A stretch of 63,415 bases of DNA, filler included, from Sphacelaria rigidula (taxonomy: Eukaryota), in assembly GCA_964200075.2 (NCBI GenBank). It is 10 parts of 10 records of this genome, joined end to end, with 100 filler letters (N's around TTAATTAATTAA, not from the genome) between each part and the next. Parts side by side here need not be neighbours in the genome. Positions count along the whole stretch, not along the records: positions 50,814 to 57,064 come from CAXNAA020021226.1; positions 57,165 to 63,415 come from CAXNAA020021227.1; 8 more parts are not named here. One strand, given 5' to 3'. Position 1 is the stretch's first letter; every line of letters starts with the position of its first letter. The position numbers and the translations under genes were made by a program. A model generated the notes under the pieces. It was not told the origin of the DNA. It saw only the letters and a program-made list of their open reading frames with translations, and searched no databases. Below, in pieces: positions 52,318 to 63,415 of this stretch.

Positions 52318-53457
52318 CAGGCTTATTCACGCGTTTCACCCCAAATTGTGTCATCAGCAAATGCCTTTCGCAATACCGACCCAACAGTCGCATACATGGT
52401 ATCATACCGGCCGCCATGGACAACTGAAGAGGGTGGCATAGTCGGATTTTTGTGAAAGGCCGTAAGGGTGGCGCTAAGAGCGCAAACGTAACTCCACCAA
52501 TCAGCGCCCTTCGAATTGATCTGAAATGAAAATACGACTTTCCAACCCGATTTATACCCAATCCCCACATGCTCCGAATCGTAGCAGTGGTCATGAGCTC
52601 GGAAGTCTAACGGAAAACACATATTTTGAAAACAGTTACTATAAAATCGAAGTATACCCCAAACCGTGATATTTCAGTGATGTGGGGGTTTGGCGTCGCC
52701 TTATTTCCACTGATCATGGGCACCAGAGACCAACGAAACCTTCCGACAGTTTCCCTTATATTTGCCGAAGAAAAGCTACGACCGCCCTAAAAATCGGCAA
52801 CACGGTAGATATTGATGCTCCGATGAAAACATTTGCTGTTGAATAATGTCGCAAAGTTTATTCGCCCTTGACCAGCTTCCGGGGGTCCCAGCGTCAAGAT
52901 CTCCGGAAGCCAATATAGAATGTCTCGGAATGAACGAAACAAGAATTTTCATTCCGGAGTGGTCCAACAAACACTTGTTCAATGTTTTGTAGCCGAACTC
53001 GATACTGTCATACTCGACTTTTCGTTTTCGCGTCGAATGTATCCAAAAAACGTCATTTCCACATCAAAACCACGTAGCTGGGGGTTTTCACCGAGCACCG
53101 AAAACTTCATCGCAGAAGGGCACAGATCTTCACGCCGTTTATAGGAGTTAGGCTCTGAAAAATTGCACAAACATACCATGGGTCCCTATACAATTTTCGA
53201 TGGACGAGGTTTTATTACCTCTTGATCTTTTCCACCCGTTTCCGGGGGCCCCAAGAGGGCGTGGGTTCCCCGACAATCCTGCCCTCCCCCAAAACCGGTG
53301 AAATATAAAAAAAAGTGGAAAACCTCGTCCATCGATACTTTTGCAACTAACCATATCAATAGTTCATTTCTGCAAAATTTTAGGGTATATCTCCCCAAAA
53401 CGGCGTGAAGTATTGCGGATGAATATTTTTAGAGTTATGAAAGCGTGAACCAGTCTG
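52318..53457. mobile_element. Second, shorter copy of the Tc1/mariner-like non-autonomous element, in an rsmI intron
   Basis: TA|CAGGCTTATTCACGC ... GCGTGAACCAGTCTG|TG; collinear with 8078-9607 but ~400 bp shorter. Confidence 0.85.
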
Positions 53458-53528
53458 TGCTTACCACACTACACCCAAGCAACTCACTAGTGCCAAGAAG
53501 ATTCTTTGAGAAAATAGATTTCCCTCAC

Positions 53529-53571
53529 CGGAGTCCCCGCATCAGATACGACCGCGACGGATTTTCCCGCC
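53529..53571 (-). CDS. rsmI: RsmI homolog, 43-bp exon
   Basis: (R)AGKSVAVVSDAGTP; CAG/GTGAGG. Completes the SDAGTPxISDPG signature with the next exon. Confidence 0.93.
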
Positions 53572-53668
53572 CTGCGTGCAGGTGGACAAAAAAAAGAAAG
53601 AAAAGAACGCGAGAGTACGGGTGATCAGTTTGTGGATGAGCATGCGTATAAACCGTGACATAATCATA

Positions 53669-53871
53669 CGAGGGCGTGTTGGGTGCGTTGTACCCGATAT
53701 TTTGGCATTTTGAAACGTGGCACATCACCTGCCCAAGTCTGTCACACTGACTTGTATGGGCTTTATAGAGGAGAACAAGAGCGCTGGGCTGGCTGCTGCT
53801 ATGGACATGGGTCGGATCTTCACTTGTCGAAACATCACAATATCGGGTATAACCTACCCGACACGCCCTTG
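53669..53871. mobile_element. hAT-like MITE (203 bp), in an rsmI intron
   Basis: ~50-bp imperfect TIRs CGAGGGCGTGTTGGGT / ACCCGACACGCCCTTG; 8-bp flanks TAATCATA and CAATCATA. Confidence 0.7.
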
Positions 53872-54270
53872 CAATCATATACACGTAATGTGGGTTTCAG
53901 AGGGTGGTCACGCGATCTTGGATGTGTGCAGCGTTTCCGAACGCAATCTTATGAATCTAACAAGACGAGTCCACCTTCAGCCGCTACGTTTTGAAAACAA
54001 CAACGACAACAAAAACAAAGAACAATCGGTCGACCTTATCGGGATATTGTAATCACACCTCACAACGACAAAGAATAAGTGAGCTGCTCGTGAAAAAAAG
54101 TGGCTGGTTATTGGGCAACAGCCTGTCCTCGCAAAACATTTCGACGTGGCGCGAACTACTACGTCCACGGCGAGGGGTGTAGATATACAATTAGAGAGAG
54201 ATATATGAAAAAAAAAGACAACGCTCGATAATTTCGATCCTCGGGGTTTTCCAACTCCAAATGTAGTCAC

Positions 54271-54432
54271 CTGGCCGCATCCACGATCTCGGGTACACGG
54301 CGCCGGATATTATGGTCATGATGGCTGGTCAGCCTGCCCGTCCTTTTCAAGCCCAGGAGCTTCAGAAGGCTGCCGGTCGTGCGGGTGTCCTCAGCGGCGA
54401 TGACGTCTGCCGTCTGGAGAACGTTCATTGCC
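54271..54432 (-). CDS. rsmI: RsmI homolog, exon
   Basis: (R)AMNVLQTADVIAAEDTRTTGSLLKLLGLKRTGRLTSHHDHN...; AEDTR signature, phases match. Confidence 0.93.
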
Positions 54433-57400
54433 CTGCGCTTTTTGAATCCAACAGGCGACCAAAATATCCGCCACATACAAACACACACACGAAAAAAAAA
54501 AAACGTACACGATAATCAGTCCTTCGATACCCGTGATGAACAACTAGATGCCACAGTGCATCACGTGGGGAGGGTAGACCTGTTCCAGACTCGGTATCGG
54601 ATCCCCAGTTGTTGTTTTGTAGCCCAAAATGGGCAGGACCGGACGGGAAGGGGGGGGGGGGGGGGGTACTCATGATCTTGCATGCCGTAGAGAAAAAACG
54701 TTGACCTCGCACCCCTACAAGGCCGGGTTGTAGCACGCCGGGTTTTCGCCGGATCAGGCTCGCTCTCACCAACGTTGAGCTGCATCTTGCTCAGATTGTT
54801 CGGCCCGAAGCGTATTGACTACCATGGGTTGCTCCATTTTCTGGTGCCATCACTCCCAGAGACAGTCACGGGTTACACACTGCCTCATGGGTATCTGATT
54901 ATTAAAAAAAACGTAGTACGGCCATCTACTCTGTACGGAATCCAGGTTCTTCATCCCCCACGATATGATCTAGTTCGATCACCATCGTGGTTACCGCAAA
55001 GAAAACGGTAACCTGGTTGCCTAGCTTCCGCGGTGAGTGGCGTGTTTTACAGCGTCGTGGCCACCCGACGCCAGCCCTCGAAAGGGCGCGCGCGCGGGGA
55101 GGGGGGGCACTGTCATCACAAAACCGCACAGGCAAGTACACGGAGCATGAAAACTCCAACACGTTTGAGAGTGGTATTGGAGAATATATGCTTCGGCGTC
55201 AATACAATGATCGATTATTTGGTGATCAACGGGCGACATTTTGAACACGTGCAGAAGTGCCACCATTGCGGATTGTATATCCCCAAAGTCTACAATATTT
55301 TCGATTCCTTGACCGTCCATCAACGAGACACGTTTACTTTTTTTACATGAAGCACATTGTACTGTCGAACATCTATAGGGGAAATGCTGGGCGTGCGTGT
55401 GAACGCGTGTGCGCGCCTGACTTGTAAGATACAGGTAGGTAGAAAAGTCCAGCACCATAACAAACACCCAAGTCTTCACAAAAGTACCCGCCTTCAACAG
55501 GCGGACTTCGTCATCAACGACAGCAGTATGACGGCCATGAGCCACCCAATTATCCCAGACTTGTTGTGTCCCGCTCGAGGTACGAAGTGTGTCTGTATGT
55601 TATGTAAACGATCTAGCTCTAATCTCCGCCGTGTAGAAAGTTGTGGGCGATGAGGATGTTAGCTATGGCGCACCGACATACAAACACGAAACTATTGCCA
55701 TGTGGGCCGATTTGATCTAGAAAGAAACTATGATAGATCGAGAACAAAATCAACATCCCCATACAACATGGCCCTATTAATAGACTCCAAATTAGTTGTG
55801 GCGAACATGCTGTTCTTGTTTTAAATGTTTGTCCTTATGTCGACAAGACAGGCCTTCAGCGCCCACACCTAAATAGCGTCTAGTTGTGCCTACGCGACAT
55901 ATTTTTTCTCAATTTCGATGATTTTTTCAGACTCCTTCCTCTCCCCCTCTTGCCAAGGTCGCGGGAACTATCAGCAGCTAAGCACTCTACTTGAAACAGG
56001 AGGATGGGCATTCAAATAGTCAGCCCGTTGGACGCGACATGCGTGCCACATGTCGACTCCTGATCGCTCATTCTGCAGAGGAGGTCAGAGTTGTTTTTGT
56101 TCGTATAAAACAGGGTATGGGAATAACCACTCGCACTTGACCCTTTTGGGATAGGACCCCCACTAACACAGGGTTGACCCTGTGTGAGTAAAATAATAAA
56201 AAATAAGTCTTCGAGCGACCTGCCCAATCACGGCGAGGCGAAATTATCGACCAGACCCGAACGACCAGCGCAGGGATTGTTGTCGAGTGTGATGCCACTG
56301 CAAAGATCGTGTGAGGCCCCTATCCCTGGCCCAGATAAGCCTCTCCAGGTTTCAAGGTGCAGGATGGTCGCGGCTTGGTTTTATGGTATTACTTGCGCTT
56401 AGTTTACCGTCCCCGAGATTTTCCGGAGTGTTTTTTGGGTCCCAATTTCATACCAAAACGTAGTAATTTACACTCACACAGGGTGGGCCGGGAAAAAACG
56501 GGGAGGAGTGTACATGCCACCATGTGGTCATTTTCACGAGGCACAAAATCCAGGTGGGCTGTGGAAAGACAAGAGGAGCTACCGTCATGGATTCTGCGTA
56601 TCACTCTGCGGATGACTTGCAGTGTGCAGTCCACATGTATGTTGTATGACAAAGCTGTATATAGGCAGCTGATTTGGGTAGCTGAGAATTGCCCAGAACG
56701 TCCAAGGGAGTATGCAGCGGCACCTGCTGCTTCCGTCGGAGAGGCATACTATACTGTATATACTGTTGTATGCATGTGCGCCGTAACGCTAATACCGTTG
56801 GAAGGGAATTTGCCGCATGCAACAAGGTGGGAAATGGCGGCCCACCCCGACCACAAAGGCTGTGTGGCAAGGTGATGGAGACAAAAATATCATCCAAAGC
56901 CACAAGTGGCGGGCGGCCCGCTGGTCGCCGCATCCTGTTGGAAGCTCTTTACTACAACCCATACTGCTTGCTACATCAGATGTACACCACCTAATGCGCA
57001 CCCTGCACCTGAGAATAGATTGGAACTTTCGGTCTTTGTCATGACCCTGCGGTTACAGACGCGGNNNNNNNNNNNNNNNNNNNNNNNNNNNNNNNNNNNN
57101 NNNNNNNNTTAATTAATTAANNNNNNNNNNNNNNNNNNNNNNNNNNNNNNNNNNNNNNNNNNNNCAATCCGCCCCCCCCCTCTCTTTCTCTACCACGGAT
57201 CCTCCCTCTTTCCCGTACCGCCCCCCCCCCCCCTCCCGAAAGTGCGACTATGGCATGCATGATCATGAGTACACCCCCCGAAAGTGCCTGGTTTGGGAAG
57301 GTAAATTTTTCATGTAAATCGAAATGGAAGAAGCCGAGCACAACGAGCAGCTGGGAACTCCCACGCTTGGGTTTGTTCTCGTCAATGTCGCCCATATGAG

Positions 57401-57817
57401 GCGCTTCAAGCAGCCTGAACCCAAACATCAGGCGCTCTTTGACCATTTTTTTCGTGACGCTTTTGGGCTGGTTTTGAGGGGGGGGCTATCGTAGAAAGTG
57501 TCTATGTAGTGCTTTACGGTCCACGAGGAGGGTAGTATATCGTTCTTGGGACGGGCGCAGCCCCTTCTCCCCTGGTCCTTTCTGCGGGAAAGTGAGAGGG
57601 AGGTTCGTCATTTCAATTGGTCACGAGGACGATGACAGCTCATCATGCCATCGCACACGCGGCCATTTGGCTACCCCCCAAAATACCTCCGGAGGGATGC
57701 GCGGCCCTCCAGAGGCAAAACAAGCCTCCGGAGGCCTTCAATCCCTCTGGAGGAAACCAAACACTACCGCCCTGTAGGACCGCGCACCCGTCTGCAGGAA
57801 TTCGGGGTTAGCAAACC

Positions 57818-58144
57818 GCCGCGCCCCGGTGGTGTACTGGTCCGACTGTCGTCATAAGGGTGGAGAGAACGAGGGTTCGGTTCTCGATATGTTGGGTTTC
57901 TTCTTCGTAGTATGTGATTTCCACCGTGGAAAGCGTGAGAACGTGAGTTAACAAAGTAGTTGACTGAGTTTTTATTTGACGCGACTTGACGCGGTGCGGG
58001 AGTGTTGGTCATAATCCAACCCGCGAGACCAAAATACAAGGCGTGTACCGGGGAGAGATGGGTTGATCCCTTGAGACCGCGGACTCGTGTCGAGGAAGGG
58101 AAGGGGTTCAAAGTGCGACAACTATATAAACAACTATATAAAAA
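57818..58144 (+). mobile_element. tRNA-derived SINE, family 2, with a LINE-like 3' end
   Basis: A-box-like TGGTGTACTGGT (57830-57841) and B-box-like GGTTCGGTTCT (57874-57884). Ends GAGACCGCGG...GTTCAAAGTGCGACAA plus a repeated CAACTATATAAA tail. Confidence 0.65.
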
Positions 58145-58275
58145 ATGCCTCCGGAGGGATGCGCGGCCCTCTAGAGACGAAAACAAGCCTCCGGAGCCGA
58201 TTAGTCCCTCCGGAGGAAACCAAAAAATATTCCTCTGGAGGGTCGCACACCCCTACGGAGGCGTTCAAGAGTGAT

Positions 58276-58517
58276 GCTACGGTAGGGGTGCACAAATGTT
58301 TTCTGAGGTTAGAATTGTTGGGAGCCCTTTATCTAATCCAAAACACAACTTCTGAAATATGTGGGGGTACGCCAGGATTACTATTCCAATGTGCGAGGGA
58401 TATTCCGAATGAATTTGAAAACGAGGATGCCCTGGCCCATATTCTTGTGCACCTAGAATCCTCAGGAGCCCCTGAGCCAGACAAACGTTTGCGCAACACG
58501 TGCACCCCTACCGTAGC
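58276..58517. mobile_element. MITE with perfect 18-bp inverted termini
   Basis: GCTACGGTAGGGGTGCAC ... GTGCACCCCTACCGTAGC. Confidence 0.8.
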
Positions 58518-59326
58518 GTTGCTCTTTATTCCTCTAGAGGCTCAAAAACTTGACCGCCCTGGAGGAATCTTGAGGGAAGCCAAATGCCCGTGTGTGCGGC
58601 CGAATAGTCGTCGAGGGGGGGGGGGGGGGGGCGGGTTGCACAAACAAAAGGAGTTCGGGTGTGTGAGGCTTAGGCCCGCTCGCGCTCGCCNNNNNNNNNN
58701 GGGGGGGAGGGGAGGGGACGGAGAGGCGGCTGTCGGGGGGGGGGGCGGGGGGGGGGGGGGGGGGGGGGGGGGGGTGTTCTGGTTGCACAAACAAAAGGAG
58801 TTCGTGTGTGTGATGCTTAGTCCCGCTCGCGCTCGCCACGGGATTGTATATAATGGGTGAAGACGTCGTCAAGCGATGATGATGTGACCAATACACGCGT
58901 TTTGTTCATATCAGGAGCGTTCACATAAAACTTGATTGCCGCGCCGACGTCGACGCTTTTTCCTGCAATGTTTAACGCGCAAGACCCTCGAAGAAAGCCG
59001 GCCAAACCCTTTTCGCCCTAAGTTAGCACGAACAGAGGCCGTCTTGGGATTATTTTGTCGAGTGCACTCGACCGCATGTACAAAATGCCCGTGAAGAATC
59101 AGCTCAAGTGATTAGGCGACAAGTGGATATCGAAATAGGATACAGTACGATTTAGCAAGCGTCACCCCCAAACAAGGCTCACCAGTGAGGGCTCAAGGGG
59201 TCCGTGGAGGTACGAATTTGTCTATCATTGATTAGGTGCGAGCCGAGAGTGAGAGAGTAAGGGTGGTCACCTCAACACGTAACAGGAAGACACAACTCAT
59301 ATTGTCATCTCACACCAAGAACCAGA

Positions 59327-59837
59327 AACAGCCGATCATCGAAATTGAGGATGGAGCTTTTTATTGAGGATGAGAACCCGCAGGATTAAAATCTTCGTAT
59401 CCACACCAAATCTTCGAAATATCGTCCCATCCCTTCACCTACCGGTAGCTATTGACAACTGCTAGCCCCTCTACAAATTTGGAATTCGATAACCGGAATA
59501 TTGAGGTCCTACATGAAGAACATATTTCGGGGAATTCAGGTGGTCCGATCGGTTCGATAACCGAAATGTTGGGGTCCTAGGTGAAGAATTAATGTCGAGG
59601 AATTTCGGCGATCCGATCGGATCACCTACATTCCCCGAAATTGGTTCTTCATGTAGGACCTCAATATTCCGGCTATCGAAATCCAAATTTGTAGGGCGTG
59701 TAGCAGTTGTCAAGAGCTACCAGTAGGTGAAGGAGTAAAACCATATTTCAAAGATTTGGTGTGGATACGAAAGTTTAATCCACCGGGTTTTCATCCTCCA
59801 TGAAAAGCTTCACCCTCAATTTCGATGATCGGCTGTT
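59327..59837. mobile_element. Foldback element (~510 bp, ~225-bp arms); partial copy at 31588-31660
   Basis: AACAGCCGATCATCGAAATTGAGG ... CCTCAATTTCGATGATCGGCTGTT; the arms pair along most of their length. Confidence 0.9.
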
Positions 59838-61255
59838 CATAATAATTTGATTCAAACGACATGCATGCATGGTAAATATAACACAAACAAACATGCACAG
59901 GAATCTGCTCAGCCAGCCCCTGATCAGGCATCTGAACGGTACTCTCTGCAATACACCCAAAACAAGTAACGCTCAAGATAGTCCGATGCAGCCCCTGTCT
60001 GCTACATACGCGGGCGTTCGGCTCCTCTTTGAAATTCTACCATCCCGATTTTCATCCTCTACAGGTTAAAATGACCCCGTGGAGGATGAAATACCCTTCA
60101 GAGGGTGTTTTACCCCTCTGGAGTGGACAGTAGACGAATCCTGTAGAGGACATCTGATGCTCCAGTGACCTCTTAGTTCTGAATCCCTTCAGAGTAACAA
60201 GAACATGGTGCTCGGGAGCACGGGATTTTGGTGAACGTCCCTCAAAGGGAAATATAAACATCATCAGTCCTTTGGAAAAGGAACTGACGATAACCTCTAG
60301 GGCAATTTTTCGACTCCAGAGGACATAGCGGTGCAGTGTCCTCCATCGTGTAAATTTACCACTGGAGTACGCACTACATCAAGCCTCTGGAGGACAGTTG
60401 TGTTCTCTGTGCACTAACCGCACACAACTTATTCTCAGATACCACCGCAATCCTACAGAAAAGAGCACGAATTGGGCACAGGGATAGATGCACGCTACAG
60501 TAGTTGAGTATGATGCGTCTCTTGTAGGGAAAAGCTTGAGTATCTTTTTTCATGGTAGGGATCGCCGACGGAACTGCGTGGAAGGGTGGGTAACCGGCTT
60601 GCGTACACGCTCATGGACAGTGCAGGCAGTACAAAGCTGCACGTTGTACGAGTCCTTCTCCCGTCTCATTGCAAGCAGAGAGAACATGTAATCCTGCGTT
60701 GTCTGCACTGCACGTTGCCCGCTTCTATTTCACATCCTATACTGCACGAAACACGCACGCACGCACACTGGCCTTGCACAGTCAGTTGCTAGCAATATCG
60801 CGTCTGCAGCTGACGGTATATAGCACCCCCATATATCCAAATTTACCGGCATTCAAACGGAATAGCCATGCGTAGCACATACCGCGTACTCTGCAGTAAG
60901 GTATCGCACGTTTCTGCACGGTATGGTGCTGCCCTGCACGGTATGGTACGGTCCGGTACAACACCATACCGTGCTTGTAGTGATTATTCGTATCCGTATA
61001 TCAAAGTACAATACACCGCGACCAAAATCATTTGCCCTTCGTTTGATGAACTTATAGCTTTGATGCGTGTTTGTAGACCACGGAAACGGGCTATTCGAAA
61101 AAGAGGCATCTCATATAGAGCGTACATCCGTACAATCAGCTATCAACGACTGCCAGAGCACAGTCGTGTGTACATACATTGGTAGTCATTGTTGGGATTT
61201 GTACAGCAGAGGCTGTTCTAAAATTCTCGCGTTTTGCCCAATTAATGATAGGGTA

Positions 61256-63415
61256 ATGCTATTTCCAAGTCGCGACTTGGAAACAGTTATGTCCAACTCC
61301 AGCTGGGATTTGACCACCCGCCCGCGTTCCTCTCATGTCCCTCGCATCGACACCACAACACCCGGAATGCACCCACACAGCTCGTAGCCATCGTTCAAGC
61401 CATCGCACGGTGCAAACGGCCTCGTAGCGGACGAGAAACGCGCCTGCTGCACAGTGCCAAACAATACCGCCGACCGACTGGAGTTGGACATAAGCTATGT
61501 CCAAGTCGCGATCTGGACATAGCTTATGTCCAACTCCAGCGAGTGGAATACCTGTCTGTGCTTGTCCCATATGACTTGCATCGACACCACAGCACCTGAT
61601 ATACGCTCACACAGTCCGTAGCCACCACTCAAGCCATCGCACGGTGCAAACGGCCTTGTAGCAGTCGAGAAACGCGTCTGCTGCACGGTGCCAAACATGC
61701 CGCCAACCGACTGGAGGTGGACGTAAGCTACTATGTCCAAGTCGCCAGTTGGACATAGCTTATGTCCACCTCCAGCGAGTGGAATCCCTGTCCGCGCTCG
61801 TCCCGTGTGCCTTGCATCGACACCACAGCACCTGATATACACTCCCACAGTCCGTAGCCACCGTTCAAGCCATTATGGGGTGCAAACGATCTGGTAGCGC
61901 AGGAGAAACGCGCCTGCTACAGACAGGGCCAAAAATACATCCGCACCGGACTGGACTTGGACATAGCTTTTGTCAAAAACGCGACTTAGGCAACTTGGGC
62001 GTAAGCTATGTTTGCTGGAGGCATGTGAGCACGTAATCATGTGCTTGCGATCGATCGCGGTCGCGTTGCAGACAAAACGCCAACAGGCGATTGCCGCTAG
62101 TACGTCAATCAGCATTGTTCCGCGATTCACTGGGGTTTTAGCCAGCGTGATTAGCATGTATCTACAGACAGCGTTCACTGAACTAGAAATGTACACGCTG
62201 CTCAGCTGTCTCGCGTCGCACGTTATCTACGTACGCTGCCCGTGCAATATGGGGCTGTTCGGTACGAAGAGCGGATAACGCGTAACAGTCGCGAAGATGG
62301 CTCCATGAATCGACCCTTTCTTCGTCGCACCGGCCATGTCCTCGACACATGACTAGTGGGTCAATTTCCCACGGCTGTAGGAGCTGCGAGGAAGAAGTCC
62401 AATGTTGTATATCTACTCCCAAAGGCTACAGCGTAGTGATACTGCTCCTGCGTGCTTTAGCTTTGCACCCCACGATGGCTTGAACAGTGGCTAAGGAATT
62501 TGTGAGTATATTGTAGCTGCTGGGGTGTAATACGTGAGAGGACCGCGCGCTTAGAGGACCGCGCCGTAGTTCAAAATACGTCAGGATCGACGTTTTTCAA
62601 ACCAATCGGGTCAGTCCCGGGAGGTCCCACACCCCTGACCATAACCGTAACACTAACCCTGACCCTAACCCTAACCATAGGCATCTTCAAATTCCGATGC
62701 GGTCCTCTAAGCATGCGGTCCTCTCACGCATTACAGTGGTGTCGATACAAGGCATACGGGACGAGCGCGGATAGGTATTCCACTCTCTGGACTTGGGCGT
62801 ACTGTAGCTTATGACGTCGAACTTCAGCGGTTGGCGGTATTTTTTTACACTGTGTGTTGCAGACGCGTTTCTCGTCCGCCACGAGGCCGTTTGCACCGCT
62901 CGATAGCTTGAATGATAGCTACGGACTGTGGGAGTGTATTGCAGCTGCTGTGGTGTCGATGCAGGTCACATGGGACGAGCGCGGACAGGGATTCCACTCG
63001 CTGGAGGTGGACATAAGCTATGTCCAACTGGCGGCTTGGACATAGTAGCTTACGTCCACCTCCAGTCGGTTGGCGGTATTGTTTGGCACCGTGCAGCAGA
63101 CGCGTTTCTCGACTGCTACAAGGCCGTTTGCACCGTACGATGGCTTGAGTGGTGGCTACGGACTGTGTGAGCGTATATCAGGTGCTGTGGTGTCGATGCA
63201 AGTCATATGGGACAAGCACAGACAGGTATTCCACTCGCTGGAGTTGGACATAAGCTATGTCCAGATCGCGACTTGGACATAGCTTATGTCCAACTCCAGT
63301 CGGTCGGCGGTATTGTTTGGCACTGTGCAGCAGGCGCGTTTCTCGTCCGCTACGAGGCCGTTTGCACCGTGCGATGGCTTGAACGATGGCTACGAGCTGT
63401 GTGGGTGCATTCCGG
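61256..63415. mobile_element. Large foldback: two inverted arrays of ~235-bp tandem modules (61256-61990; 62461-63415) around a ~470-bp spacer
   Basis: GCATCGACACCAC recurs at 61344, 61578 and 61814. 63415 down to ~62945 is a near-exact reverse complement of 61362-61830. Confidence 0.9.
62526..62735. mobile_element. 210-bp MITE with TGT...ACA ends and internal telomere-like repeats
   Basis: ~37-bp TIRs TGTAATACGTGAGAGGACCGC..GCTTAGAGGACCGC, and CCCTAA-like hexamers at 62633-62678. It interrupts one array module, with GGGG/GTGG flanks. Confidence 0.85.

Noticed and set aside
56357..57064. Possible Mutator-type transposase N-terminal remnant
   Set aside because: Only vague similarity with stops; no diagnostic motif I can support without an HMM search.
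61256..63415. CRISPR-like array or retrozyme (palindromic repeats at regular spacing)
   Set aside because: The 'spacers' are homologous to each other, units are ~235 bp, and there are no cas genes. I found no CTGANGA...GAAA hammerhead core in the unit by eye; a covariance search was not possible.

Overview
This is not one locus. It is ten unrelated scaffolds of 6251-6252 bp joined by artificial 100-bp linkers (N44-TTAATTAATTAA-N44), so nothing should be inferred across linkers. The DNA is an intron-rich, repeat-rich eukaryotic nuclear genome. A brown alga or related stramenopile is my inference from exon/intron architecture, the CCT6 sequence and TTAGGG-type repeats. Host genes recovered as in-frame GT-AG exon chains are CCT6 (6 exons), a bacterial-type rRNA methyltransferase RsmI (3 exons), a probable SCYL1-like C-terminus (3 exons) and an unknown low-complexity protein (2 exons). 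The rest is a transposon graveyard: decayed Ty3/gypsy (including a chromovirus) and Ty1/copia elements, an RTE-type LINE, two tRNA-derived SINE families, and MITE/foldback elements with Tc1/mariner-, PIF/Harbinger-, piggyBac-, hAT- and Ginger-like termini, often nested. I found no CRISPR, phage or prokaryotic system. The most unusual signal is a dispersed short repeat family whose fixed end always abuts a C-tract (one copy has an 11-bp target-site duplication), suggesting C-tract-primed or C-tract-targeted retroposition. Next is a foldback built from ~235-bp modules that each carry a 26-bp-arm palindrome.
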